DNA of 62,283 nt, the filler included, from Basidiobolus ranarum (taxonomy: Eukaryota), in assembly GCA_040143965.1 (NCBI GenBank). It is 29 parts of 29 records of this genome, joined end to end, with 100 filler letters (N's around TTAATTAATTAA, not from the genome) between each part and the next. Parts side by side here need not be neighbours in the genome. Positions count along the whole stretch, not along the records: positions 36,647 to 38,693 come from JASJQH010003861.1; positions 38,794 to 40,839 come from JASJQH010003862.1; positions 40,940 to 42,985 come from JASJQH010003863.1; positions 43,086 to 45,131 come from JASJQH010003864.1; positions 45,232 to 47,276 come from JASJQH010003865.1; positions 47,377 to 49,421 come from JASJQH010003866.1; positions 49,522 to 51,566 come from JASJQH010003867.1; 22 more parts are not named here. One strand, written 5' to 3'. Shown here piece by piece: positions 38,301 to 51,143 of the stretch. A model generated the notes under the pieces. The model was given only the letters and a program-made list of their open reading frames with translations, ran no database searches and was not told the DNA's origin. Made by a program: the position numbers and the translations under genes. Position 1 is the first letter of the stretch. The number at the start of each line of letters is the position of its first letter.

Positions 38301-40735
38301 GCTGCCAAGTGCCATGTGATATCATCCTGAATTCCTGAGTCCCTGAATCCACCCTGAATCATTACTTGTAATTCTCTATTTCCACACAAGATGTGGTGTT
38401 GGCTTGGCATATTAATATCATTCTTCCATTTCATGGTTACCAGATGTACCCATTTTTACTCGATTGTATGTCGAGTCATTACATATCAATTGTTAATTCG
38501 GCATTAAGATAAAATTCGTGTAACATTCTTGTTTCAGCCTTTCGCCGGTCTTCAAATATAGGTTACATTGACGTTGTGCAAAGTATACTGTACATGAGAT
38601 AGCCACTAGATAATCGTAACACCGCTAACATCCGACTCGCCCCATTGAGCACTAAGATGTCACTCGGGCTATTCTTTAACCTAAACAGCTGCTNNNNNNN
38701 NNNNNNNNNNNNNNNNNNNNNNNNNNNNNNNNNNNNNTTAATTAATTAANNNNNNNNNNNNNNNNNNNNNNNNNNNNNNNNNNNNNNNNNNNNCTTTGAA
38801 TATTATATTCTATCTTGGCTTATTTATTTATTGACTTTGTTTAAATTGATAAATAAATATTACACCTTCTGGTGATTATCATCCCCTTCTCCCACAGATG
38901 CTCTGAACACAACCCCAGTGTTAGTCTTCTGTATTTCCACCAAAAAGTGTAAATGCTTTATTTCTGGACAATAAACAATTATCTCACAAAGCTATTCACA
39001 ACTCCACTTTTCTAAAGTTCCTCCAAACAGCCCATATTTTCCCAATACATTTCTCACAGGGTTAGTGTTCTGAACGTCACTCTCTTTAGATTAGTATATT
39101 TATTAAATATAGTTCCATCAATTGGATCACCCTGAAATATGTACCTAAAAAGCTTGCCAAAGCATATTTATCATAACTTTTAATATCAAATTCATATGTA
39201 TTTGATTAATATCAACTATGTATATTTATTGCTTAGAGATGTTATTGACCTGTGCTGCATTATCCTAATGCTGGTTGAGGTTGCAATAAATTTGACTTCA
39301 ATGTGGTTTCATTTGAAAATGAAGCAGAGAAAACATTGAATACACTGATATTATGGCAATGAGAGCATTTGCAACATATATCAATCAAGGTTATATGCTT
39401 CACTTTGCTAGTGCTAGCATTACTTTGATCCCCACTTTTCCTAAGCAAATAAACTACTTATTTCATTCCCCCAGTTTAAATTTATGATTTTATGCTTGAG
39501 ATAACAGTAATTGCACTCAGTCAATCAAAAAATTAAACACCTACAATTATTTTCTATTGAATTGAATTGGATGCTTATTTTCAATTCCACAAGGGTTATC
39601 TTTCATAGTGCTTTGCTGCAACTACAAGTGTATCAATGCATTCATTAAGATAGAAATTAGATGTAATATATTGCAACACAATAAAATATGCATTTGTTAG
39701 TTTGCCAAATATGTATTCAGTATCAAGACTGATATTTTCACTACTTGGATAAGACTAAAGCAGGCTTGGAAAGAGGTTTCTTGTTACTATAAATATAAAC
39801 TGCTATATTAAACATTAACACAATACAAGCAAGCTCAATACTTTCAATATACATACTATACACAGTGAGTTCAAGAAGAACTATATTTCCCAACATCATT
39901 GGTCTCATCTTTAAATCTGGGATTGAATCATAAATACACTGACTTTCTTCTTATGGGAAGAAGAGTATGTCCCTTAAATCCTTCCCTTTCTCTTCCAGGA
40001 ATATCTAAATCCTTTATGGTATCTACTAAGTCAAAGAAGTATCAAATGAGAAGGATTGTGTACCCTTTCCACCAAACTGAAGATAACAACTGGAAACTTG
40101 GCATCAGTACTCGTACAAGAATAAAACTGCAAAATATGTATATCTGAAGGAAATATCCAAATTTACCTACTCATCATCCAGCTACTCTCACTAGATTTGT
40201 TGTATATTATGTCTTCTACATAGCACTTTTTTTTAAATCCAACTATTGATAGACTGAGAAAACCTCGTCAATAATTGAAATTCTGATTAAACAGGAAATA
40301 GTAATAAGCAACTGAATTCAGCCCTATTGTGGGCAGCACCAGCCTAATCCGCATTCTAGTAATTTACACGATCTAACAAAATAATTGCCGATTCCAATTA
40401 GAAGCCTGAAATAAGATTTAGTAAAGTTAGTAAAATGACATCACTGGAAAAACCAAATATGTAATAGTGCTTTGTAATGTCCAAATTCATAAAATCGACA
40501 ATCTTATATTTTAAGTATTTATGGAGAATATATTTACCACATGACCAGATCAAGAAAATTAGCGGGAGGTCAGAAACATCACAAATTGGCAAGTATAGAT
40601 ATGCTTACTAAAGATATTGGCAAATCGCTAGCTCCGGACATTCTTACCCCAAGAAAATCTTTTTGCCAAAAGCAACGATTATGTATATAATCACAGTCTT
40701 GTGAAGAATCTTGAATTCAAAATAAAGAAATAACA

Positions 40736-40839
40736 ATGTTCACGCCCGTAGAAGCACTTTCTGGTGGTTTATTACTAAGTACACCGGCTTATCAGCTTCT
40801 GGCTTGTAACGGCCGCATCATGGGAGCGAGCGGTATCTT
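40736..40839 (+). CDS. YeeE/YedE family (sulfur transport) membrane protein N-terminus, 3' partial
   Basis: Hand translation MFTPVEALSGGLLLSTPAYQLLACNGRIMGASGI matches the FTP...GG...NGRI.G.SGI start of this family; TATATAA at 40684. Confidence 0.75.
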
Positions 40840-41099
40840 NNNNNNNNNNNNNNNNNNNNNNNNNNNNNNNNNNNNNNNNNNNNTTAATTAATTAANNNNN
40901 NNNNNNNNNNNNNNNNNNNNNNNNNNNNNNNNNNNNNNNCTCCCACCGATGTTCTGAACACAACCCCAGTGTTAGTTTTCTGTATTTCCACCAAAAAAGT
41001 GTAAATGCTTTATTTCTGGACAATAAACAATTATCTCACAAAGCTATTCACTACTCCACTTTTCTAAAGTTCCTCCAAACAGCCCATATTTTCCCAAAC

Positions 41100-41842
41100 C
41101 ATAGCACTTTCAACAACTGAAGCAGAATACATGGCAGCATCACATACAACAAAGGAGGCTATGTGGCTAAGGAAACTATTTAAAGACTTGGGCATTTTTA
41201 AAGTTCACCTACCATAATTTTCAAGGATAATCAAAGTTGCATTTCTATAGCTAAAAATCCCAAATTTCATGCTAGAAGTAAGCACATTGATATTCAACAT
41301 CACTTTGTTAGGGAAGCTATTGAGAATAAGCACATCCAACTGGAGTACTGTCCAACTGAGGACATGATTGCTGACATCCTTACCAAACCATTACTCAAGC
41401 CAAAATTTGAAGAATTAAGATTTAAGTTAGGATTAAGATATATGAATATTTAGTTGAGCGGGAGTGTTGAAGTTTATTGTCTTTATTATTCTTGTTATCT
41501 CTATCTTTATACACCCAACTACTTCATATATCACATATAAGTTAGTTAACATTACCTAGTCAAATATCACTTAGTTGAAAATTGGAACATATATTATATA
41601 TACATGTGATTAGTGTGAGAATTAGCTATTCCATATTGGAAATTTTAAACTTGTCCAAATTGCCCTAAAGATAGCTTATTTTACTCCCACAGATGTTCTG
41701 AGCACAACCCCAGTGTTAGCTTTCTGTACTTCCACCAAAATGTACAAATATTTTATTTCTGGACAGTAAACAATTATCTCAGAAAGCTATTCACAACTGC
41801 ACTTTTCTAAAGTTCCTCCTAACAGCCTATATTTTCCCAATA
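41100..41842 (+). mobile_element. Copia RNase H end, PPT and 3' LTR family D (41465-41842)
   Basis: ALSTTEAEYMAAS, FHARSKHIDIQHHFVRE, MIADILTKPL; PPT AGTTGAGCGGGAG. Confidence 0.9.
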
Positions 41843-42879
41843 GCAAACACTTGCTCCCAATGGATACTGACATACACTTGAATATGCATGATGCCAATAC
41901 TGGAGTCTCTTCACTTTTAGGGGTCATTCAAGTGTTTTCCATCAACATACAAGGAGTAGGGCACACTATACCTGTCTTGATCTGTCAAAAAGCAAATTTC
42001 AACCTACTACTTGGAGGACCTTGGGAGACAAAAACAAGAGCAATGGTTATGAATTACCCTGGTGGATCTCTTTAGTATACCATTGATGGAAGCAACCCAG
42101 GACTATTTGCCAGCTTTTTTGGAGTGCCAGCTACTGACCATAGAACTCAAACTGAGTGCAGAAGCACCATCAAGGAAGACACTTACTACCAAATACATTA
42201 TACATCAAACTCAAACTTAGCTTGGGGAGCTGATTTAGGACCTAAAGTACAAGAAGCCATTGTTAGGACCAAGTACAAGACAGTTGCTACTGAAGTAAAA
42301 CCTTCCCTCCAACCACTCACTGATGGAACCAGACCAGCCAACCTAGAATGGAAGCCACTAGACAATAACACTAGCATCAGACTAACTCCAGAGTGACTAG
42401 CTACGGTCAAGATTGGCAAAGGCAACCACAGCCCTCAGGAAATTAACTCCTCAGAGATATGATTATTAGGTATGACAGAGTCTTTGAATATTATGACCAA
42501 GAGCTGAGACTACAATTGCCCTTAGTTGAGAAACTGATAAAAATTCACACTGTACAGCACATACCATGGTCTAATAAACCTTACTTATTACTAAGAGACC
42601 AATAACCAGATATGCATGCTCTTCTGAGTAGTAAGATTAAAGCTGGAATTCTAAAACCATGTTGTGGACCTTATGCCAGCCACTGGTTTGTCAAAAAGAA
42701 GAAGAATGGCAAACTGTGATTATACAAGTCATGCACTCAGCCAATGCAGTTACAATCAGAGATACTGCACTACCCCTTTGATTGATGAATTTGCTGAGAG
42801 CTTTGCAGGAGCTTCTCTACATTTGACCTATGATCTATACTCAGGAGATGACCAGGTACCTATTGATGAAACCCCAAGA
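41843..42879 (+). mobile_element. Gypsy protease and RT start, degenerate (second lineage)
   Basis: FNLLLGGPWE, PCCGPYASHWFVKKKKNGKL, YDLYSGDDQ. Confidence 0.75.
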
Positions 42880-43584
42880 TATTGGGAAAATATGGGCTGT
42901 TTGGAGGAACTTTAGAAAAGTGGAGTTGTGAATAGCTTTGTGAGATAATTATTTATTGACCAGAAATTAAGCATTTATACATTTTNNNNNNNNNNNNNNN
43001 NNNNNNNNNNNNNNNNNNNNNNNNNNNNNTTAATTAATTAANNNNNNNNNNNNNNNNNNNNNNNNNNNNNNNNNNNNNNNNNNNNCAGTCCAGTGTTGAC
43101 TGTGCAGATATCTGGGAAGAACTTAATGCAGAGTGGCACAATATTGCAGAGTATCTGCAATATTGTTGGAAGAATGTTGATTCAGCAATGTTAGTACAAT
43201 GGTGGGCTTTGATGGATATATTGATACAAACTTGTGTTGGGCATGAGCTAAACCATGGGTATGAAGGACTCTATAAAAATATTCAGGAGAATATATCAGA
43301 GAGACAAGGGATTTTCAAGGTGACAAATTAGCATTCAAGAAGAAAATTGTGTAAAATTTGAGTTGTGTTTTTTGCACATATGATGATCCATAGTTCTCTG
43401 ATATTGCAGCCAATCATGTGAAACTATTTTGCCAGAACTTGAAATTTCACTCCTGAAACTGAAAAAATTGCTTAAAATCAAATCTAACTTGACAATTTTA
43501 GGATGGTAAGTAAACAGTCAATCCCAAATGGATTAAAATTGTGATGGTTTTCCCATGATAACAATCCTCAAATTTCTGTTAGGG

Positions 43585-44862
43585 TGGATGGTTTTTCACT
43601 AAACAAATATACAGTTGGAAAGGCTTACTGGCCAATAAAATTAATTACCTTAAATCATTCTCCTTCTGAAAGGTATAAGAGTCATAATATTTTGATACTA
43701 TCCATCCTATCTGGACCTGAATCACCAGTGCTAATAGATAGCTTCTTGGAGCCTTTGATTGCCAAATTTGAATGGTTACCCAATGGGGTTTAGATGGGTG
43801 AATATTTTATTAAAGCTGATATCAGTGTATATATTGGTGGCACTCCTGCCATCAGTAAACTTGGAGGTTTTTGTGGGCACAATTTACTATCTTGCTGTAG
43901 ATTTTGTCAAATCAAAGGAGTTTACTCTACCCAGCATATGCATTACTACTATCTAAAAACAAAACTAAACTTTATAATTTTACCATCAGGAGCCTGGAAA
44001 GATTTCAACATGATCACTGATATCAATTTGGCAAATGGTGAGTTTTACATCAAACTTGGTTTTAGCCATAAGCCTAAGATTATATTGCTGAAGGGGATCA
44101 GCTGGAGCCAGAGCTTCCTATTAGGCATTATGCACTTAGTATTCAACAACATTCTGATACTACTTACTCAGCTATATAGTGGAAAATTCAATACAAATGA
44201 GCCATTTAAGATATGATCAAAGTTTGAATTGATTGGGAAAATGTTTGAAAATGTTAAGACACCATCATATTTTACCAGGACTCCCATCAATATCCACTCA
44301 TCTAGGTGTTTATTCAAATGCAAAGACTAGAAGTATTGGATTTGTATTTATTCAAGTGGAGTTTTGAAAAGATTTCTGCCTGATAAGTATTGGCACCATT
44401 GGGAGTTGTTTGTTTATATTTTTAATATATCCTTATGGCATCAACTCACATTGTCAGATCTCAGGCAGATACAGCAACTGTGCAAAGATTTTGTAATTGG
44501 AAATGAAAAACTTTATTACAGTTTTAAAGAAGATAACCTGAATCTATGCTGGTATTCAATACATTCCCTGCGGCATCTTTTACAATGCTTAGAGATTATA
44601 GGCCCTTGCTATACATTCTGGGAGTTCCCAATGGAGTGCACCTGTGGTGAAATGATGCTCTGTGTGAAATTGTTGGTATTACCATATGCTAATCTGATTA
44701 ACAATGTATCTGCAAAATCAGTGATGGATGTAATGCAATAGGCTAAGGAGACTCCAGAGTACATTAACCTTCTAACAAAGGGCTCTTTTCAATGTGCTCA
44801 CAGGTTTTTGCATTGTTTGATCACAATAACAGCAACAAAGCCCAATCCATGGACATAGAATA
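43585..44862 (+). mobile_element. CACTA/EnSpm transposase core remnant
   Basis: DGF...WPIKLITLN...SGPESP...FLEPL; TPAISKLGGFCGHN...CRFC; IMHLVFNN; HSLRHL...GPCYTFWEFPME. Confidence 0.9.
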
Positions 44863-45231
44863 CCCTAACAGAAATTTGAGGATTGTTATTGTAGGAAAAC
44901 CGTCACAATTTTAATCCATTTGGGATTGACCGTTCACTTACCGTCATAAAATCGTCAAGTTAGATTTGATTTTAATCAATTTTTTCAGTTTCAGGAGTGA
45001 AATTTCAAGATCTTGCAAAATAGTTGCGAATGATTGGCTAAAATCTCAGAGAACTATGGATCAACACATGTGCAAAAAACGTAACTCAAATTTTACACAA
45101 TTACCACTTGAACGCTAATTTGTCACCTTCGNNNNNNNNNNNNNNNNNNNNNNNNNNNNNNNNNNNNNNNNNNNNTTAATTAATTAANNNNNNNNNNNNN
45201 NNNNNNNNNNNNNNNNNNNNNNNNNNNNNNN

Positions 45232-46092
45232 AATTTAGTCTTGGGAACAAGATTGGTAGCCTTTTCTCCTGGGATTGGGTTCAATGACGCTGATGTGGTG
45301 AAACTAACAGTCAAGGTACCATTGTTGATATAGTACACTGGAGTATTTGTGCCACGGACAGCCAATGGCTTTTGTGCAAGATAGGCTTTGAACCAGTCCT
45401 GGCCATTCTGTTGATTCAACCTCATGAATTGATAAAGCACCGCATCATCATCACGAGGATAAGCGTAGATGATCTTACCATCTTTAAACTCGGGCTTCAA
45501 ATAGTCAGCAGTCTCAATAGGTCTCTGAGCCTTAAGAATAATAGTACTAACCAAGTTAGTGAAGTAGTATACGTTAGTGGCTCAGTAATAACCCTGTGGA
45601 GCCTTATATGGAGTGTACGTATGTTTAAAGCCGATAGGCTTTTATCTAGTTACTAAAGAAATTAGAATCATCTAGTCAATGTTATTACTATTAGTAATTC
45701 ACTACCTCATCAATGCACCATCCACTTTCCAACGTGGAAAGTCATGTACTGTTTGCAAATGTGTAACATCTGGCTCCAAGGCATCTCCTCCCATAGCAAG
45801 CTGCTTGTCAATTAACTCATCATGGAATTTGCTAAGATCAACTGTAATACTGAGCTTAGTGTCAGGGAATTTGCTTTCAAATGCTTTAGCTAGACCCGCT
45901 CCTCCATTAGGCAAATCACCTCCCGCAAAGACACTCACTAATCCTCCCTCCTTAAGAGCACTCTTGTATAGCTTCCGGAGTGAAACTTCTTCATGCTTCA
46001 CGTAAGAAGGTACTTGAGGAAAGTGAGTTTACCAAAGTAAATGGTAAAATAGCAGCAGTGGTTGCGAATAGAGCGAAAGAGAAATGAACCAT
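45232..46092 (-). pseudogene. Secreted periplasmic-binding-protein-like II (ABC Fe3+/thiamine SBP-like) gene, apparently disabled
   Basis: LYKSALKEGG...FAGGD...TVDLSKFHD...LQTVHDFPRWK; intron 45646-45705; in-frame TAA 45642-45644 and TGA 45582-45584; signal-peptide ATG at 46092 is out of frame with the body. Confidence 0.8.
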
Positions 46093-47077
46093 GATAAACT
46101 TAAGACCTGGATTCTGAATGGTAAGACTTGAAAATAAACCCATGTTTATATAGCTTTGCAATTGGTACGGAACCTTAGTATATATGGTAATATCTTCATA
46201 TTAACTAATAATTGAAATTTACATTTTTCCTCAACAGTTTTCAGGTGAAATCAAACGGATAATATTTCCTGCTTGATGTTTGCAATATTGGTTGGTGGAT
46301 TCATTGTACTTGGTAATCAACTCTCAGATCTAATACTGCTCTGTTTGTGCATTCAAATGCGAATGCAGTACTATGAAGTAGCATCGAAGCTTAATACTAA
46401 TATGGAATCCTTTAGATATACTTTAACCCATGCCATGGGTTTACTGAGCACCCTTAGATATTCAACTTAAATCAATCACGTCGGAATATACCAATCGTTG
46501 GAGGCGAGTTACCTATAAATATTTTTGCCACATAGTACCTCGTTTTTCAGTGCAGGCGCAGTTGCCATATTTGACGATAGATTAATAACCTAATATAGCT
46601 ACTATTAGATACTGACACTATCAGATAAGACGTGATCGAATGTTTCATACTAATATATTCAACGGTTTTTTTTGGAAAGCACTGACCATTTATTTACTAT
46701 CGTGTCAAAAACATCAGTTGACCTGTTAACTAGCTTCAGCTAGTCAGGTATGTGAAATTACGGGCTCGAGTGCTATTCCAAAAATAAACTAAAAATTTTT
46801 GCCTTGAAATCACTCAACAAACCACATTGTTGCCTTTTACTTCAAACATTTACGCCTATGACGGGATCAGTCTCGAATCTGTATAGCACAGGATGCTAAA
46901 TATACATAAAAAGTAGATTAGAATTTGTATAAATAAATCACCGATTTAAATGGCGAGTCTAATGGTTTTGCTTGCATATTTTTATTAGACGTGTCCAGTA
47001 AGTCTTAAACTAATTTGCAGTGATAGTATTGGTATATTTCCTACGGCAGGAACTTGGATGGGCATTCATAATACAGA

Positions 47078-47275
47078 TTAACTATATCCCAAGTCAAGTG
47101 GAGAAGCCCCTACAACTGGACTAATAAGCTTCTCCATAAATGACTTGTCTTCCTCCACCTTAGTGCGGTTCATCATGTAGTCTCGAAAGCCAAGAGGATC
47201 CGTATTCTTGATCTTCCAGATAGGTTTCAGGCCAGCTGGTGGACGAATGTCTGTTCTTGGGGACCATGTATCAGA
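47078..47275 (-). CDS. C-terminus of a tandem paralog of the same solute-binding-protein family, 5' partial
   Basis: Hand translation SDTWSPRTDIRPPAGLKPIWKIKNTDPLGFRDYMMNRTKVE...VGASPLDLGYS*. Confidence 0.7.
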   Translation of the reverse strand, partial: SDTWSPRTDIRPPAGLKPIWKIKNTDPLGFRDYMMNRTKVEEDKSFMEKLISPVVGASPLDLGYS

Positions 47276-47376
47276 CNNNNNNNNNNNNNNNNNNNNNNNN
47301 NNNNNNNNNNNNNNNNNNNNTTAATTAATTAANNNNNNNNNNNNNNNNNNNNNNNNNNNNNNNNNNNNNNNNNNNN

Positions 47377-48687
47377 GATGCTGGGCAAGATGGCCTTTAC
47401 CATCGCAGATTATTGTACTGCAGAAAAGTTAGTTTTATCATCACCGAGATAGATGCGCAAGCTCCTTACTTGCAATCAAGACAATAGATGAGATTCCACC
47501 GAACTCCACATACAACACATTTGGGGTTTCTTATTTTTCTAATATCCATACAGCTGATTGAGAACATATGGTTAATCATGGAGTCGCAGTTGACCTACAT
47601 TGGACTGCTTACCGATGAAAATAATCTCGAAGCTTCTTGGAATAGATCCCTGCCTTTTCGGATTGTTGACTGCATGCAGTACTTTCTTCGTGAGGAAAAG
47701 TGGTACAATGTGTAGGAAGATGTCCAAGTTTTTTACATTTCCAGCTAATAAAAAGCGTCAGTTGCACCTCTCTCAAACGATAACCTGTCTTTTGAAACAT
47801 ACCAAACACTCCCGCCGAGTTGATTTTCTGGGTCTTTGTACTTCACAGCTCTGGCGTCCCAAACATCCCTCTGAGGTTTTGAATGAGCCGAAACCCTCGA
47901 GTTGCTAGGGATCTCGTTAGCTACCGCATCCTCTACTATCTCTTCCTGACGATATCGAGCTTTTTGAGTAAAATCGTCTTCGTCACTATCATCCGAGTAT
48001 AAAGCCGCGATAGAATTAATCCCATCGTAAGGATTGACAGAGTGTTCATGATCTGTCTCTTTTTCTTCTTCCGATAAAGAGGTTGGTTCATCGTCACTTT
48101 TGTCACTTAAAAGACCGAAAAAGTCCGTCTTAGCTTTCTTTCTGGTATGAGTGGCACTAAGTTGCTCATGTTCATCGTCACTTTTTCCATTGGAAGTACT
48201 TTCATATACTTGATAACCAGGAAAAAATGACATATCTTTTTGGGTGTTTCCCAGAGTAGAACTGGTAGTCTTCTTTGGTAATGGTAAAGGTTCGTCTAGG
48301 GCATTTGAAGAATATTCGACATGGCCGGGGTAGCCTTTTGAAATAGGTTTCGGATCTTTTAAGTAATAAGTAACTCCAGTGTGTTCATCTTGAACCAAGG
48401 GATTACCTCTATCTACAAGTCAAAACGATTAGGCACAATCCTCATATTCAGAACAACCAATAACTGCCAATTTCTACACCTTGCTTTTGATAGAATCTGT
48501 TAGCAACCTTTTTTCTCGCATTATCGTGCAATACTGTTCCAATAATTTCTCCTTGATCAAGTTGCTCTAATGGTTGTTCTCCATGAGTTTCTCCATATAA
48601 TTGATTTGGATCTACTTCACCTGTGAGTATTTTATAACTTTGCAAGTTTTTCAAAAGATTCTTGGCTTTGGTATCCCAGCGACGCAT
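47377..48687 (-). CDS. Uncharacterised multi-exon protein with acidic region, CCHC zinc knuckle and zf-UBP-like finger, 3' partial
   Basis: Removing GT-AG introns 47745-47802, 47554-47612 and 47418-47469 gives CWKCKKLGHLPTHC then CVVCGVRWNLIYCLDCNTIICDGKGHLAQH; first intron acceptor at 48413, donor uncertain. Confidence 0.75.
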
Positions 48688-49521
48688 GACTCAACTGAAG
48701 CAATTATACTAACGCTCACATTTATTTGAAGGGGATTGATTTGAATGGATTTTAGTTATTCAATCCAACCAAAATTTAGGAATCTCTCCAATTTCTTGGT
48801 TCTTGTACATTCCAGAATGTGAATTTGATGTTAAATATTTTACGCATCACCATTTACCAAAGTAACGAGAATGGTTTTGTGTGATTGGATCAATTATATT
48901 GACTGTTAGTATCGCTAGTTAAATAATTGTTGATTGGATATGAGGCAACGAAGTTGTATCAAATAAAATTTAAAGTATAAAAAAGATGTTATTGCTACGC
49001 TGTCCGTAATCTCCTATAGAATGAGATTTAAAGCTTGTGTTGCTAACAGGTTTGAATGTATATTTGCCCTACACAATCAAAGAAAATAGTGCTGATGACA
49101 CCTCTGTTTAATAAAGGAATTTCGAGTTAAGTTGAGCAATATTTATGCCATAGTGCAAATTAGTAATACATTCTGTCAATATCTCTAATTGATTTGTTAA
49201 GGATGTACATGATTTTCTACTGAGATATCCTTACTTTGAGAGTATGAAGGCGTGTTGCTAAGCTATAGATTCGCAATGTTACTTTTACTATATAGAGCTT
49301 AGAAACAAACATATTTGTTGGATAATTAATCTTTATTCAACATCATAGTTAACTTTAGTTATGATACATATATCAGAAACAGAAAGCAACGTATCTATAG
49401 CCCCTATATTCTAAATAGGAANNNNNNNNNNNNNNNNNNNNNNNNNNNNNNNNNNNNNNNNNNNNTTAATTAATTAANNNNNNNNNNNNNNNNNNNNNNN
49501 NNNNNNNNNNNNNNNNNNNNN

Positions 49522-51143
49522 ACCAAGATTGCTGCACTTCATGGATCCACTCCATTCTCACTTATGTTTGGAAGAATATACAACCAACTACGGAACTATC
49601 AAGATGTTCTACTCAAGCAAATTAACACTGGAGACTTAGTCAAATGCCTTCAATTTCTAACAGATATAGTCTACCCTGGAATCAACTCAAGAAGCAAAAG
49701 TAGTCAACAGAAGATGATATCCAAGCACACTTCTAGGCACAAGACCACTAGTTTTCCTGAAGGTTCTTTTGTCATGACTTTAGATCCCATCTGCCAATCC
49801 AAACTTGATCCCAAGTATGAAGGTCCCTTCAAGATTATCAGAAGAACCACTGGAGGATCTTATGTACTTCAAGACAACACTGGAGCCTTACTACCCAAGA
49901 ACTTTCCACTGTCTTCCCTTAAACTTATTTTACAAGATCCAATATCTACAGAATCATATGAAGTAGAAGCCATAGTCAATCATGATGGTGAAGAACTCAA
50001 CTGCCTTTACTTAGTGAAGTGGAAAGGTTATGATGCCAAAAACAATACCTGGGAGCCCTATAGCCACTTTGATGATATCTCTATCATTGACCAATATTGA
50101 AAACACAGAGGATCACCTGCTAAGAATAGTCCTCATCCAGGGAGGGAATGATGTTGTGCATCAACATATAAAGTTGTTTAACCTACACCATATCTATACA
50201 ACTTGCTTGAATATCTATTTAGTTTATCATCATTGCTAACTAATCATCTGACCTGATCCAGTGACCCTATCATTTGACTTATTGTTGGATAATTAATCTT
50301 TATTCAACATCATAGTTAACTTTAGTTATGATACATATATGAGAAACAGAAAGCAATGTATCTATAGCCCCTATATTCTAAATAGGAATATCTCTATATC
50401 TATATAACAAGTATGTCTATTACCCCCACTTATCTATTATATCTTATTACACAAACCATATACTCTTGAGAATAAAGTAACTAAAACACACTATCATAAG
50501 TTGCTTCTAATACTCAAAGTCTACCCCCATTATGTCAAGATCCTCCAACACTTATCACATGACTTACTATATATTCTGTTATCCCTTCTATCAGATCATA
50601 TGACCAATCACATGATCATTATCCAATGAGTATTAACCTCTGAGTCATCTGCCTAGACACAAGTCAATATAAGTCACAAGATTTGTAACCAATGATCTTT
50701 CACTGCCAAGACTTCAGCTGATGCATGACTCACTTCTCTATCTATCCATCAATCCAATCACATTATCTTTTATCAGAATTAGTCATCTAATATCTTGGCA
50801 TTGACTAATTCACTTTGCTATCAAAAAGTATAAATAAAGCCAACTGAACCTTTTGGTATAGTGTATATCTTGACAAATATAGGATCTCAACATTTCTCAG
50901 TATTCCTCTCATTTCTATCCAAGCCTAGTATCCACTAGCATCTACAGAGCACTAAGCCTAGCTGCCTAGCAAACCTACTCTCTACTGTAACACAGCACCC
51001 CACTGCTATTCCCATGACATATATTAGTTAGATCTGCTCTGCTGATATATCCTGCCTAAACAGTTATCAGATGCTCCACTTAACTGTTTCTTTGATTCAG
51101 TAAAGTTCAAGACTTTTTATCCATTTTTCTCTTGGACACAACA
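49522..51143 (+). mobile_element. Chromovirus gypsy 3' end: integrase GPF, chromodomain, PPT and LTR (50152-51143)
   Basis: KLDPKYEGPFKI; YEVEAIVNH...YLVKWKGY...TWEP; PPT GGGAGGGAATGA; LTR ends TGTTGTG...CACAACA. Confidence 0.9.
50283..50550 (+). repeat. Solo LTR family B with TSD CTTAT, inside the gypsy LTR
   Basis: CTTAT|TGTTGG...CCAACA|CTTAT. Confidence 0.93.

Noticed and set aside
43086-45131. Complete CACTA element with long TIRs
   Set aside because: The repeat termini face inward and cut the transposase mid-frame, there is no CACTA end, and another copy joins at a different codon.
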